The position numbers and the translations under genes were made by a program. A stretch of DNA of 64,000 nt from an uncultured Thiomicrospira sp. (GTDB lineage Bacteria; Pseudomonadota; Gammaproteobacteria; CAKMZV01), in assembly GCA_965195345.1 (NCBI GenBank), contig OZ239628.1, forward strand, positions 928,001 to 992,000, in the 5' to 3' direction. Of the stretch, positions 18,799 through 28,614 are shown piece by piece. The first letter of the stretch is position 1. Each line of letters opens with the position of its first letter. The notes beneath the pieces were generated by a model that searched no databases, had not been told where the DNA came from, and saw nothing but the letters and a program-made list of their open reading frames with translations.

Positions 18799-20388
18799 CT
18801 AAGCGATTTTTTCCCGATACTCTGTGCTCAAGCCTCGCCAAGTGCTATAGCACATTGCTAATAATACGATAGTAAAAGGCAAGCCCGTAGAGACAGTCAT
18901 TGCCTGCAATGCAGATAATGCTTGATCGCCGCCAACGATTAATAAAACAATCGCAATTATGCCCTCAAATGAACACCAAAAAACTCTTTGAGAAACGGGT
19001 GCATTTGTCTTTCCACCTGCTGTAATCGTATCTATGACTAATGAGCCAGAGTCCGAAGAGGTAACAAAAAATACTAATACCAATGTTATGCCAATGAATG
19101 AAAGAAAACCAGCGAATGGGAAGCTCTTGACCATTACAAATAATTTCAATTCTTGGGCAACCGAGGCAACTTGTGCATCGGCATTAGCTAATACTTGTGA
19201 AATTGCTGTGCCTCCAAAAGTTGCCATCCATAAGATGCTCAAAAGTGTTGGAATCAAAATTGCGCAGATGACAAACTCGCGAACCGTTCGACCTCGTGAC
19301 ACACGGGCAATAAACATGCCGACAAATGGCGACCAAGAAATCCACCACGCCCAATAGAATGCAGTCCATCCTTGGGAAAAATTGACATCATCACGCCCAA
19401 ACGGCATCGATAGTGGGATTAGTTCTTGAATATATGCTATTCCACCAAAAAGTGCAGTCAATAAAATATCCTTCGTCGGTCCTACAAATAAAATCGCTAA
19501 GAGCAATAAGAGCGCAAAAATCATATTGATTTCTGATAACCGTTTTACTCCACCGTCTAAACCACGTACCACCGATACGACAGCTATAAGGGTTATAAAA
19601 GTTACAAGCAATACAATAGCGCCTGACCCAGTGCTCCAACCATAAAGATGATTAAACCCAGCTAAAGCCTGTTTAGTACCGAAACCAAGGGATGTTGCCA
19701 AACCAAAAAGAGTTGCAAACACTGCAAGAACGTCAATGATATGACCAGATTTCCCCCATACTTTTTCTCCCAATATTGGATAAAAAACTGAACGGAATGT
19801 CAGTGGCAAACCACGATTGAAAGAAAAGTATGCAAGCGATAATGCTACAACAGCATAAATTGCCCAAGGATGAATTCCCCAATGAAAAATCGTAGCTGCC
19901 ATCGCAAGATTTCTTGCGGCTTCAGTATCATTTGCTGCTGAACCTAATGGTGCCCAGTCAGTGCGTACTCCATTTTCCAAGCTAACGCCTCCAAAGGAAG
20001 AGTTAAAATGAGAAATCGGTTCTGAAACTCCAAAGAACATCAATCCAATCCCCATTCCAGCAGCAAATAGCATGGCAAACCAGCCAAGATAACTATAGTC
20101 AGGTTTAGCATCCTGTCCGCCAAGTCTTATCTTACCGAGTTTTGATACAGCAAGAAATAAAGCAAACAAAACAAATATGTTACCTGCAGAAAGAAACAGC
20201 CAATCAAAGTTGGTTGTAATCGCCGGCCTTAGCCAACCAAAAAATTCGCTTGCTTCAGCTTGAAATAACAATGTGGCTAGTACAAATAACAAAATAGTTA
20301 TTCCTGAGACAAGGAAAACTGGATTGTGAATGTCTAATCCAAACATTTGGATATTATCCTGTCCCTCTTTATAGTTAGTTTTTTCCAT
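18799..20388 (-). CDS. BCCT-family betaine/choline/carnitine transporter
   Basis: WFAMLFAAGMGIGLMF, FHWG.HPWAIY, W.AFYWAWWISWSPFVGMFIARVSRGRT.REF, FFVTSSDSG; GGAGG RBS. Confidence 0.95.
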   Translation of the reverse strand: MEKTNYKEGQDNIQMFGLDIHNPVFLVSGITILLFVLATLLFQAEASEFFGWLRPAITTNFDWLFLSAGNIFVLFALFLAVSKLGKIRLGGQDAKPDYSYLGWFAMLFAAGMGIGLMFFGVSEPISHFNSSFGGVSLENGVRTDWAPLGSAANDTEAARNLAMAATIFHWGIHPWAIYAVVALSLAYFSFNRGLPLTFRSVFYPILGEKVWGKSGHIIDVLAVFATLFGLATSLGFGTKQALAGFNHLYGWSTGSGAIVLLVTFITLIAVVSVVRGLDGGVKRLSEINMIFALLLLLAILFVGPTKDILLTALFGGIAYIQELIPLSMPFGRDDVNFSQGWTAFYWAWWISWSPFVGMFIARVSRGRTVREFVICAILIPTLLSILWMATFGGTAISQVLANADAQVASVAQELKLFVMVKSFPFAGFLSFIGITLVLVFFVTSSDSGSLVIDTITAGGKTNAPVSQRVFWCSFEGIIAIVLLIVGGDQALSALQAMTVSTGLPFTIVLLAMCYSTWRGLSTEYREKIA

Positions 20389-20632
20389 AACAACCTCCTA
20401 AATATTGTTTATGTCATTATAGGGAGATATTTGATTTTTATGGGTTTTTTTTGTTAAGCTCTACTGCATAGACTAAAAATAGAATAATGAACGTTAAGAT
20501 AATTGCTTTCTTCTCGAAAAATGGAGTGCGTAATTTTAAAAATCAAGCAGGATTTTTTAGAGTATTTTGCATAGTAGATTCTGTCTATGAGAAGGTATAT
20601 TTACGAGTGATAAATATGTTTTGCGGTTCATC

Positions 20633-20690
20633 AAACCAATACGAAACGTATATTCCTAAAGAGTAAGCAAATTTTAATTTTCAATCTTTC
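20633..20690 (-). pseudogene. decayed duplicate of the trpF 5' end
   Basis: CGTATATTCCTAAAGAGTAAGCAAATTTTAATTTTCA matches trpF 18378-18447 (CGTCTATTCCCAATGAACATGCAAATT...CAAATTTTAATTTTCA) with a deletion between the two CAAATT copies. Confidence 0.65.
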
Positions 20691-20696
20691 GGTACT

Positions 20697-21482
20697 TTAA
20701 AGTAGAGGGAGGATATTGTTTTCAAGTTGTGGTATTTTGAATTTTTCAGGATATCTTACAGTAGACAGATATAACCCGTTTGCGGCTGCAGTTTTAGCTG
20801 CTTTAGAGCGATCTTTTAAATGCAATAATTCTTCTATCCATTCTGGATGAACAAGTTTTGTTCCTACAGTACTTAGGGAACCAACGATATTACGAACCAT
20901 GTGATACAAAAAAGCATTCGCCTCTACTTCTAAAATGACCCAGTTATGCTGCCTTTTAACAGATATTTGATGAATGGTTTTTATAGGGGTTTTTGATTGG
21001 CATCCTGTGGCTTGAAAGCTGGTGAAGTCGTGCGATCCTAATAATATCTGTGCGCTTTGGTGCATGATTCTTTCATCTAATGGCTGTTTAACCCAGGTTG
21101 AAAAGGAATGCATGATGGCGCTTTGATAATTTGCATTATTTATAAGATACGTGTATTTTCTAGATGTTGCGCTATAGCGTGCAGAAAAAAGATCATTGAC
21201 AGGGTTTACCCATCGAATTTTAATGTTATCGGGCAAATGTCGATTTGTTCCTCGAAGCCATTCTTGGGGGGTTCTCACTTTAGTTGTGTCGAAATGAACC
21301 ACTTGAAATAATGCGTGTACTCCACTATCGGTTCGACCTGCACAAGTACATGCAATAGGTTCATCAGCTATTTTACTTAAAGCGTCTTCTACGAATTGTT
21401 GAATACCAAGTTGAGTGTTTTTTTGCCTTTGCCAGCCATGATAAGGATGCCCGTTATATTCGATAATAGCAGCAATTCTCAT
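20697..21482 (-). CDS. truA: tRNA pseudouridine(38-40) synthase
   Basis: Y.G..YHGWQ.Q, AGRTDSGVHA, FSARYSA..R.Y.Y, NAFLYHMVRNIVG; start at the ATGA overlap with holC. Confidence 0.96.
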   Translation of the reverse strand: MRIAAIIEYNGHPYHGWQRQKNTQLGIQQFVEDALSKIADEPIACTCAGRTDSGVHALFQVVHFDTTKVRTPQEWLRGTNRHLPDNIKIRWVNPVNDLFSARYSATSRKYTYLINNANYQSAIMHSFSTWVKQPLDERIMHQSAQILLGSHDFTSFQATGCQSKTPIKTIHQISVKRQHNWVILEVEANAFLYHMVRNIVGSLSTVGTKLVHPEWIEELLHLKDRSKAAKTAAANGLYLSTVRYPEKFKIPQLENNILPLL

Positions 21483-21901
21483 ATCAAGTAATGTTTTATA
21501 GTAAAGCCTTTTTTTCGGAAATAGGAAAAATGTATACGTGCTGGTTCTTTGCTGGTGAAAACCGCTATGTATCTTTGGCATTTTGAACCGAATGCTATGT
21601 TTTCAAGTTTTTCAGGTTGGATGTTAAAGACGACCACTGCATCCTTCGAAGACGACGAAGACGAAGACGACGAAGACGATTCAAGTTGAATAAGACTGCT
21701 GTTATTACTGTTGACTTCATGCGGCAAAAAACTATCGTTCTCTACATTCCATAAAGCGTCGCTTATTGAACTATTTAATTCTTCAGGTAGTATCACAAGA
21801 ACACTTTTGTACTGCCTCCATGCTTTTGCACACAAACGCGCTGTTGAATATGAAAGGCGTTGTTCGTTTTCAAGAATATAAATGCTAATCAAAGGAGTCA
21901 T
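21479..21901 (-). CDS. holC: DNA polymerase III chi subunit
   Basis: RLC.KAW....VLV, DALW....SFLPH, C-terminal AR..F..FRK.GF; contains a poly-Ser insert. Confidence 0.75.
   Translation of the reverse strand: MTPLISIYILENEQRLSYSTARLCAKAWRQYKSVLVILPEELNSSISDALWNVENDSFLPHEVNSNNSSLIQLESSSSSSSSSSSKDAVVVFNIQPEKLENIAFGSKCQRYIAVFTSKEPARIHFSYFRKKGFTIKHYLI
21647..21679. repeat. in-frame 15-bp tandem repeat encoding Ser11 in holC
   Basis: (CGAAGACGACGAAGA)x2 + CGA. Confidence 0.85.
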
Positions 21902-21913
21902 GAAAAGAATTTA

Positions 21914-23191
21914 TTAGATGACATCCGTTTTCATTCCTTTTTGCAAAACTTTGGGGATGTGGATATTCCCATCAGAATCTTGGTAATTTTCTAGAATTGC
22001 AACTAATGCCCGCCCAACAGCAACACCCGATCCATTTAGTGAATGCAATAATTCAGTCTTCCCTGTATCAATGTCTTTGTGGCGTGCTTTCATACGTCGA
22101 GTTTGAAAGTCGGTGCAGTTTGAAATAGATGATATTTCTCGATATGTATTTTGTGTAGGAATCCAGACCTCAATGTCGTACGTTTTAGCGGCACCAAATC
22201 CCAAATCTCCAGAGCAAAGTTCAATGACGCGATACGGCAATTCCAATGCTTGCAAAACTTGTTGAGCGTGCAGACACATTTCTTCCAAAGCTTGCATGGA
22301 ATTTTTAGGATGAACAATTTGTACCAACTCTACTTTTTCAAATTGGTGCTGACGAATTAACCCGCGAGTGTCTCTTCCAGAAGAACCTGCTTCGGAGCGA
22401 AAGCAAAGAGTGTGGGCAACGAATTTTAAAGGTAACTCTTCGGTATTTACAATTTGATGTGCTACTAAATTGGTTAATGGTACTTCAGCTGTAGGTATCA
22501 TATAGAAGTTTCGATGTTCATCTATACTTTCAAGGCGGAATAAATCTTCACTAAATTTGGGTAACTGTCCAGTGTGATAAAGTGTTTTTTCGTTAACTAT
22601 GGTGGGAGGATTGATCTCTAAATAGTTATTGTTTTCTATTTGGAACTCAAGCATGAACTGCGCCAAAACTCGATGCAAGCGTGCCAGCGGTCCACTTAAT
22701 ATACTAAAGCGTGCTCCACTAATTTGTGATGCTTGTTTTGATAATTCCCAACCCTTTGCTCCTATCAAATCAACATGATCTTTATACTCAAAGTCGACTT
22801 TTTTAGGAGTACTCCATCGGAGTATTTCTACGTTTTCTTTTTCGTCTTTACCAAGAGGAACTGTATCATCAGGCAGATTTGGTAGATGCGTAATCAAGCT
22901 GTCTATGTGCTCGACTAATTCTTGTAGTGCGTCTGAGGTGGTAGCTATTTCAGTATTTAATTGGTCCGCTTTTTGACGCAAATCTTCGATGTTTTCATTG
23001 CGTGACTTCGCTTGGCCAACCAGTTTGGCAATTTGATTGCGCTGTTGTTGAAGTGATTCGTTTTTCTGTTGCAAATTTTTGCGCTTTCCGTCCAATTCTA
23101 AAAAAGCGGTGGTATCAAAGAAAACGCCTTTGGATTGCAGTTTTTTCGTAATCGCCTCTGGATCAGAGTGAATAAGTTTAGTGTCCAACAT
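21914..23191 (-). CDS. serS: serine--tRNA ligase
   Basis: N-terminal coiled coil, TGQLPKF, PTAEVP, CFRSEAG, RQHQF.KVE, YREISS.SNC.DFQ.RR, LNGSG.AVGR. Confidence 0.98.
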   Translation of the reverse strand: MLDTKLIHSDPEAITKKLQSKGVFFDTTAFLELDGKRKNLQQKNESLQQQRNQIAKLVGQAKSRNENIEDLRQKADQLNTEIATTSDALQELVEHIDSLITHLPNLPDDTVPLGKDEKENVEILRWSTPKKVDFEYKDHVDLIGAKGWELSKQASQISGARFSILSGPLARLHRVLAQFMLEFQIENNNYLEINPPTIVNEKTLYHTGQLPKFSEDLFRLESIDEHRNFYMIPTAEVPLTNLVAHQIVNTEELPLKFVAHTLCFRSEAGSSGRDTRGLIRQHQFEKVELVQIVHPKNSMQALEEMCLHAQQVLQALELPYRVIELCSGDLGFGAAKTYDIEVWIPTQNTYREISSISNCTDFQTRRMKARHKDIDTGKTELLHSLNGSGVAVGRALVAILENYQDSDGNIHIPKVLQKGMKTDVI

Positions 23192-23193
23192 AG

Positions 23194-23568
23194 CTAATTT
23201 TGTCGAGTTAAAAGAATTCCTAAATAAGTCGCTCCGATAGAAGCAAATACACTTAATAGAATATAGTTAAGGGCATTGATTATTTTGCCTGCTGCTATGA
23301 GTTCAATAGCATCGATTGAAAAAGCAGAAAAAGTAGTAAAAGCCCCAAAAAATCCGATAATCACCAGTGCTTGAGTCTGGATATTGAATACCCCCTTTTC
23401 TTGCATTAAAATCAATGCAACGCCCATAAAGAATCCACCTATTACATTGACGAATAGCGTACCATAAGGGAAACTTTTCCCAAGCAGGGCTGTTGTGCTT
23501 GTAGCAACTCCGAAGCGCGCCATTGCTCCAAGTGCTCCTCCGAGAGCTACGAATAAGAGTTGGTTCAT
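23194..23568 (-). CDS. crcB: fluoride channel CrcB/Fluc
   Basis: GGALGA.AR, PYGTL.VN, GFFGAFTTFSAF. Confidence 0.95.
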   Translation of the reverse strand: MNQLLFVALGGALGAMARFGVATSTTALLGKSFPYGTLFVNVIGGFFMGVALILMQEKGVFNIQTQALVIIGFFGAFTTFSAFSIDAIELIAAGKIINALNYILLSVFASIGATYLGILLTRQN

Positions 23569-23850
23569 TCAAGAAAAATTAAAGGTAATATTGACTAAAT
23601 AAAGTCGTATTGATTATAGCATGATGAACTGCGCCACGAGATAGTCAGTGATATTTCGCACACTGGAAATGTACAAACGTAAAGGTTTCAGAAGAGTTCT
23701 ATCCAATAATTTGATTGAAGTGATAAAAACGGTTGCTAAACTTTCATTGAACATTTACTATATCAGGCTAAAAATAGCGTTTAAGAGTCATTGTTTAGAT
23801 ATGATGTTCTCTTATATTATTATGGAAATTCAAAATAAAGGAAGAGTGGC

Positions 23851-25752
23851 ATGAATCTAACAAGGCGGGAATTTGTGCAATTAATTGGAGTAGGGGTTGC
23901 CAGCGGCCTGTTTTCCAGTAAAGTACTCGGTAAAGGTCAAATTAACAGGACTTCTATTGAGCACGCGATTAGGGCGTTGTATGATGTCCCACTGAATGGC
24001 AATGCTCGCATTCTCCATATTACCGATACGCATGCCCAATTACTTCCAACTTATTTTCGAGAGCCAAACGTAAACCTTGGGTTTGGGAATGCTTTTGGTA
24101 AATTACCTCATATTGTAGGTCAGAATTTATCTAGGCGTCTTGGTTTGGATAACAATCCTTTATTACAACATGCTTTTACTTATTTAGATTATGAAGAATC
24201 GGCTCATAATTTTGGGAAAGTTGGTGGCTTTTCTTATATCAAAACATTGTTAGATAATCTGCGTGAAGCAGCGGGGGGTGTTCAAAATACGATTACTGTT
24301 GATGGTGGGGATTTATGGCAAGGTTCTGCTACGGCTTTATGGACAAGGGGTCGGGATATGGTAGATGCTTCTAATTTACTTGGTGTAGATGCCATGACTG
24401 GTCATTGGGAGTTTACGTATTCAGAGAGAGAGGTTTTGAGCAATATCAAGGCATTTAATGGGGAGTTTCTTGGGCAAAATGTTGCCATTAAAGAAGAATC
24501 ATTATTTGAAGATGCTTATGCTGAAATGGTCAGTGAGTACGGGTATGGGTTATACGATGAGGATAATTCATTAGCATTTAAACCTTATACATTAAAAATA
24601 ATCAATGGTTATAAAGTCGCAATTATTGGACAGGCATTCCCTCGGACTGGCAATGCCAATCCGCAGTCAAACTTCCCTGATTGGTCGTTTGGATTGCGTG
24701 AAGATGAGCTAAAAGTACTTGTCAGTGAAATTCGTACGATAGAGAAACCATCTGCTGTAATAATGCTCTCTCATAATGGCATGGATGTGGATCTAAAAAT
24801 GGCTTCTAGAGTTAGTGGTATAGATGTCATACTTGGTGGGCATACGCACGATGGCGTGTCTAAACCTATAAAAGTAAAAAATGCAAGTGGAGAGACTTGG
24901 GTTACAAATGCAGGTTGTCATGGCAAATATGTTGGCGTGTTAGATATGCAGTTGAGCAAATCTGGAATAAAGAGCATGCAGTACAAGCTATTACCTGTTT
25001 TTGCACGCTTCATTGAAGCGGATGAAACGATGGTCAACTATTTAGATTCTTTATACCAACGTAAATATGATGCAAACATCATTGAGTCAAGACGCAAGAA
25101 TGCACTTTACAGTCCTAACAAAGTAGGTAAACGTTATGAAGATATTCTTAACGAAAAACTAACGATTGCCGAACAGACATTATATAGGCGTGGAAATCTA
25201 ATTGGGACTTGGGATCAAGTGATCGTGGATGCTTTGCGCCATGAACATGATACACAAATTGCCTTATCGCCAGGCGTTCGTTGGGGCGGTAGTTTGTTAG
25301 AGGGAGACACCATTACCATGCGCAATGTTTTTGAGCAAACAGCTATAACATATGGCGAAACTTACCGTAGTGAAATCACAGGTGAGCAACTGCATCTAGT
25401 TCTTGAAGGGGTGGCTGAGAATTTATTTGTCACAGATCCATATGCTCAATCTGGGGGGGATATGGTACGAGTAGGCGGTTTGAATTTCACAATTGATCCA
25501 ATAGAATCTTACGGTAATCGCATTAGTGAAATGCGTTTAGATGATGGGACAGCTATTAAGAATAATAAAACCTACAGTGTTTCTGGATGGGCGCAAGTTA
25601 ATGAAATTGGAGAGGGTCGTCTAATATGGGATGTAGTAGCTGATTTTTTACGAAGCAAGAAAACTTTAAATCTGTCTAAAGTGAATTATCCAAATATAAA
25701 AAATGTTAGAAAAAATCCTGGAATAGCTGATTATCAAGGAATTATTCAGTAG
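23851..25752 (+). CDS. soxB: thiosulfohydrolase SoxB
   Basis: Tat signal TRREF; HITDTHAQL.P.YFREP.VN.G, DGGDLWQGS, TGHWEFTY, LSHNGMDVD, GGHTHD, LYRRGN, DPY.Q.GGDMVR. Confidence 0.95.
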   Translation: MNLTRREFVQLIGVGVASGLFSSKVLGKGQINRTSIEHAIRALYDVPLNGNARILHITDTHAQLLPTYFREPNVNLGFGNAFGKLPHIVGQNLSRRLGLDNNPLLQHAFTYLDYEESAHNFGKVGGFSYIKTLLDNLREAAGGVQNTITVDGGDLWQGSATALWTRGRDMVDASNLLGVDAMTGHWEFTYSEREVLSNIKAFNGEFLGQNVAIKEESLFEDAYAEMVSEYGYGLYDEDNSLAFKPYTLKIINGYKVAIIGQAFPRTGNANPQSNFPDWSFGLREDELKVLVSEIRTIEKPSAVIMLSHNGMDVDLKMASRVSGIDVILGGHTHDGVSKPIKVKNASGETWVTNAGCHGKYVGVLDMQLSKSGIKSMQYKLLPVFARFIEADETMVNYLDSLYQRKYDANIIESRRKNALYSPNKVGKRYEDILNEKLTIAEQTLYRRGNLIGTWDQVIVDALRHEHDTQIALSPGVRWGGSLLEGDTITMRNVFEQTAITYGETYRSEITGEQLHLVLEGVAENLFVTDPYAQSGGDMVRVGGLNFTIDPIESYGNRISEMRLDDGTAIKNNKTYSVSGWAQVNEIGEGRLIWDVVADFLRSKKTLNLSKVNYPNIKNVRKNPGIADYQGIIQ

Positions 25753-25784
25753 CATATGGAGATTGCTCTGCGATAATCCCGTGC

Positions 25785-27119
25785 ATGTCAGGTTTTTTAT
25801 ACATAGTAATATTGTGGATACTATTTCCTTTTGCGATTTGGCGCATATTTAAAAGGCAATCATTCTTCGCAACACGGAATTTATATTTTCCTTGGAAAGA
25901 GTATTTTGGACAAAGCGACCAAAAACTTCAAACAGGAGGGATATGGATTCATGCGTTATCGCTTGGTGAAAGCCGTTCAGTTATTGCACTCATAGAATCG
26001 TTGTTAGATGGCGAAACTGCCAATTCTTTAGAATTAAGGGACGGTGATGGTGAGGAAATCCCTAGTAAACAAAGCCCAGTCATCATAACGGTAACATCAA
26101 CTACCATTAGTGGCTATGAACAGATGCGAAACCATTTTGGTAATCGCATTCAGCATCATTTGATGCCCTTAGATTATCCCTTTGCAGTCAAAGCATTTTT
26201 GCAGAGGCTAAAACCTCAAAAATTTATTGTCATTGAAACTGAAATTTGGCCTAATACTTTGCGACTTTGCAAAGAAAGAGGGATACAACTTATCTATGCT
26301 AATGCGCGCATAAAAGAGAGGTCGTTTTTAAAATATAAGCGATATGCCTCAGCATTAATGCGGCAAAGCCTTGAAAGATTTGATGCTATTTTCCCCCAGT
26401 CTTTGATGGATAAACAACGTTTAATCGAGTTGGGTGCGCGTGAAGAACAAATCGTTCACTGTGGCAATCTTAAATTTGATCTAACCGTTCCTAGAGAATT
26501 GAAGGACGCAGCAAAGAATTGGAAAGAAACTTATGCAAAAAACCGTTTTGTCTGGGTAGCTGCTAGTGTTCACACGAACGAAGCCAGTCAAATTGTTCAT
26601 ACACACAAAGCGTTGATGGAAGAAGCACCAGATGCTTTATTGTTAATAGCTCCTAGACAAGAAGAAACAATTAATGAGATTCTAATAGCTGCAGAAGGAA
26701 ATAAAGTTGAGCAAAAAAGTTTGGGAAATTCACAGTTAAATGGTGTTGAGTCAAATACAAATATTTTGATAATCGATACTTTTGGAGAGATGCTGTTTTG
26801 GAATATTATTGGTGATTGTGTTTTTATAGGAGGGTCTCTGGTGCCTTTTGGAGGGCATAATTTAATAGAAGCGGCAATCATGGAAAAGCCCGTTATTAGT
26901 GGACCACATTATCATAATCTTGAAAACTTATTTAACCCAGCAATTGAGGCTGAAGCGGTAATGATAGTAAGCGACAATAATGCGTTGTCTGAAAAATTAA
27001 AAGCGCTTAAAAACGATCATAAGCAGCGTGATAGGGCGGGGAAAAATGCGTATCGATTTGCAAATTATAATCAAGGGAATATGAAATATTTGCTAAATTA
27101 TGTCTTAAGTACTAAGTGA
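25785..27119 (+). CDS. waaA: 3-deoxy-D-manno-octulosonic acid transferase
   Basis: IWIHA.S.GE, P.D, ETEIWPN, NARI..RS, GNLKFD, DT.GEM, FIGGSL..GGHN.IE. Confidence 0.95.
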   Translation: MSGFLYIVILWILFPFAIWRIFKRQSFFATRNLYFPWKEYFGQSDQKLQTGGIWIHALSLGESRSVIALIESLLDGETANSLELRDGDGEEIPSKQSPVIITVTSTTISGYEQMRNHFGNRIQHHLMPLDYPFAVKAFLQRLKPQKFIVIETEIWPNTLRLCKERGIQLIYANARIKERSFLKYKRYASALMRQSLERFDAIFPQSLMDKQRLIELGAREEQIVHCGNLKFDLTVPRELKDAAKNWKETYAKNRFVWVAASVHTNEASQIVHTHKALMEEAPDALLLIAPRQEETINEILIAAEGNKVEQKSLGNSQLNGVESNTNILIIDTFGEMLFWNIIGDCVFIGGSLVPFGGHNLIEAAIMEKPVISGPHYHNLENLFNPAIEAEAVMIVSDNNALSEKLKALKNDHKQRDRAGKNAYRFANYNQGNMKYLLNYVLSTK

Positions 27120-27153
27120 TTTAAAATATTCCAATTTGAAGAAAAAGTTGATC

Positions 27154-27175
27154 AACCCTAAGGATTTTTAGGGTT
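27154..27175. terminator. possible bidirectional hairpin between convergent waaA and pyk
   Basis: AACCCTAA-GGATTT-TTAGGGTT. Confidence 0.4.
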
Positions 27176-27177
27176 TG

Positions 27178-28614
27178 TTAGACTTCCACAATTTCCATTG
27201 TGTTGCTTCCACCAGGCATTCCAATACGTGGACCACTTGTTACAATCATTCGCTGTTTAAAGCGCACTAAATTGCGTTTTTTTAATGCATTAATAATATG
27301 CTCTCGCGGTTTGTCAAAAGTTGGAATTTCTGTTTCATTTAATAGAATGGGAAAAACTCCACGATAGAGGCTCATTTGATGAAAGGTCCACTCATTAGTG
27401 GTGAGCGCAAAAATTGGTTTGCCAGAGCTTATTCTTGACATATATATTGCAGTAGCCCCAGATTCAGTCAATGCAGCAATGCCACCCAGATTACTCATAT
27501 GATTAGCCAAATACATGCTCCCTAAGGCAAGGGCCTCCTCCGTTTTTTCAAAAACTTGATTCAAACGATGAGCTGAATGCGTGGTTGTTCTTTGTTTCTC
27601 AGCGTTAAGACAAGTTCTATCCATCGCTTTGATTGCTTGTACGGGATAATTTCCCACAGCCGTTTCAGCGGATAACATAACGGCATCAGTTCCATCAAAC
27701 ACAGCGTTAGCTACATCAAACACTTCCGCCCGTGTAGGTAAGGGACTATTGATCATGGATTCCATCATTTGGGTTGCCGTTATTACGCCCCGATTCAGTG
27801 TTCGTACTCTGGAAATTATCCTTTTTTGTACAGCGGGTAAGCATTCGTCACCAATTTCAACACCAAGGTCACCTCGAGCAATCATAATCAAATCGCTTGC
27901 ATGAATTATCTCGTCAAGTGTTTCTTTTTCAATTGCTTCTGCCCGTTCTATCTTTGCCACTATGCGCGTATCTGGAGCCCCCATGTCGTGTAGCAGTTTT
28001 CGGGCTGCGTGGATGTCCGTAGCATCTCTAGGAAATGAAATGGCCAAATAATTGGCTTTTAACTCTGCGGCTTGTTTAATATCTTTTAAGTCTTTATCGG
28101 TAAGAGCATTTGCAGAAAGCCCTCCACCTTTGAGATTAAGCCCTTTATTGTTTGATAAAACGCCACCTTGAACAACTTTGCAATGAATGCGGTCGTCGAC
28201 TATTTTTTGAATATTGAGAATAATACGCCCATCGTCTAGCATCAAGTCATTCGTTACAGATACATCATTTGGTAAATTTTTATAGGTTGTGCCGACGGAT
28301 TTCTTTGTGCCTTTATTGATTGGTAGAGACACATCTATAATAAATGCATCGCCTTCACTTAAATTTATAGCGTCTTTTTCAAATTGCCCAATACGGATTT
28401 TGGGACCCTGCAGATCAAATAGTATACCGATTGCAGCTTTATTTCTATTTGCCGCTTGTCGTATCTCTTCAACTCGGCGCACTCTTTCATTGGCATTGCC
28501 GTGCGAGCAATTTATTCGAAAAGAATTAACACCAGCTTGGATGAGTTCATCTAAAATTTGTGCTCCATCTGTAGATGGACCACAAGTAGCTAAAATTTTA
28601 GTTCGTCGAAACAT
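27178..28614 (-). CDS. pyk: pyruvate kinase
   Basis: [57 protein letters not shown]. Confidence 0.97.
   Translation of the reverse strand: MFRRTKILATCGPSTDGAQILDELIQAGVNSFRINCSHGNANERVRRVEEIRQAANRNKAAIGILFDLQGPKIRIGQFEKDAINLSEGDAFIIDVSLPINKGTKKSVGTTYKNLPNDVSVTNDLMLDDGRIILNIQKIVDDRIHCKVVQGGVLSNNKGLNLKGGGLSANALTDKDLKDIKQAAELKANYLAISFPRDATDIHAARKLLHDMGAPDTRIVAKIERAEAIEKETLDEIIHASDLIMIARGDLGVEIGDECLPAVQKRIISRVRTLNRGVITATQMMESMINSPLPTRAEVFDVANAVFDGTDAVMLSAETAVGNYPVQAIKAMDRTCLNAEKQRTTTHSAHRLNQVFEKTEEALALGSMYLANHMSNLGGIAALTESGATAIYMSRISSGKPIFALTTNEWTFHQMSLYRGVFPILLNETEIPTFDKPREHIINALKKRNLVRFKQRMIVTSGPRIGMPGGSNTMEIVEV

Noticed and set aside
21483-21581. N-terminal extensions given by the track for truA (likewise nth, rsxE, rsxG, rsxB, pyk, lpxK)
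   Set aside because: They overlap upstream genes; internal ATGs at stop/start overlaps match family N-termini
23569-23660. Fluoride riboswitch upstream of crcB
   Set aside because: The minus strand shows an extended -10 (TGCTATAAT) about 45 nt from the start and no crcB-motif core sequence
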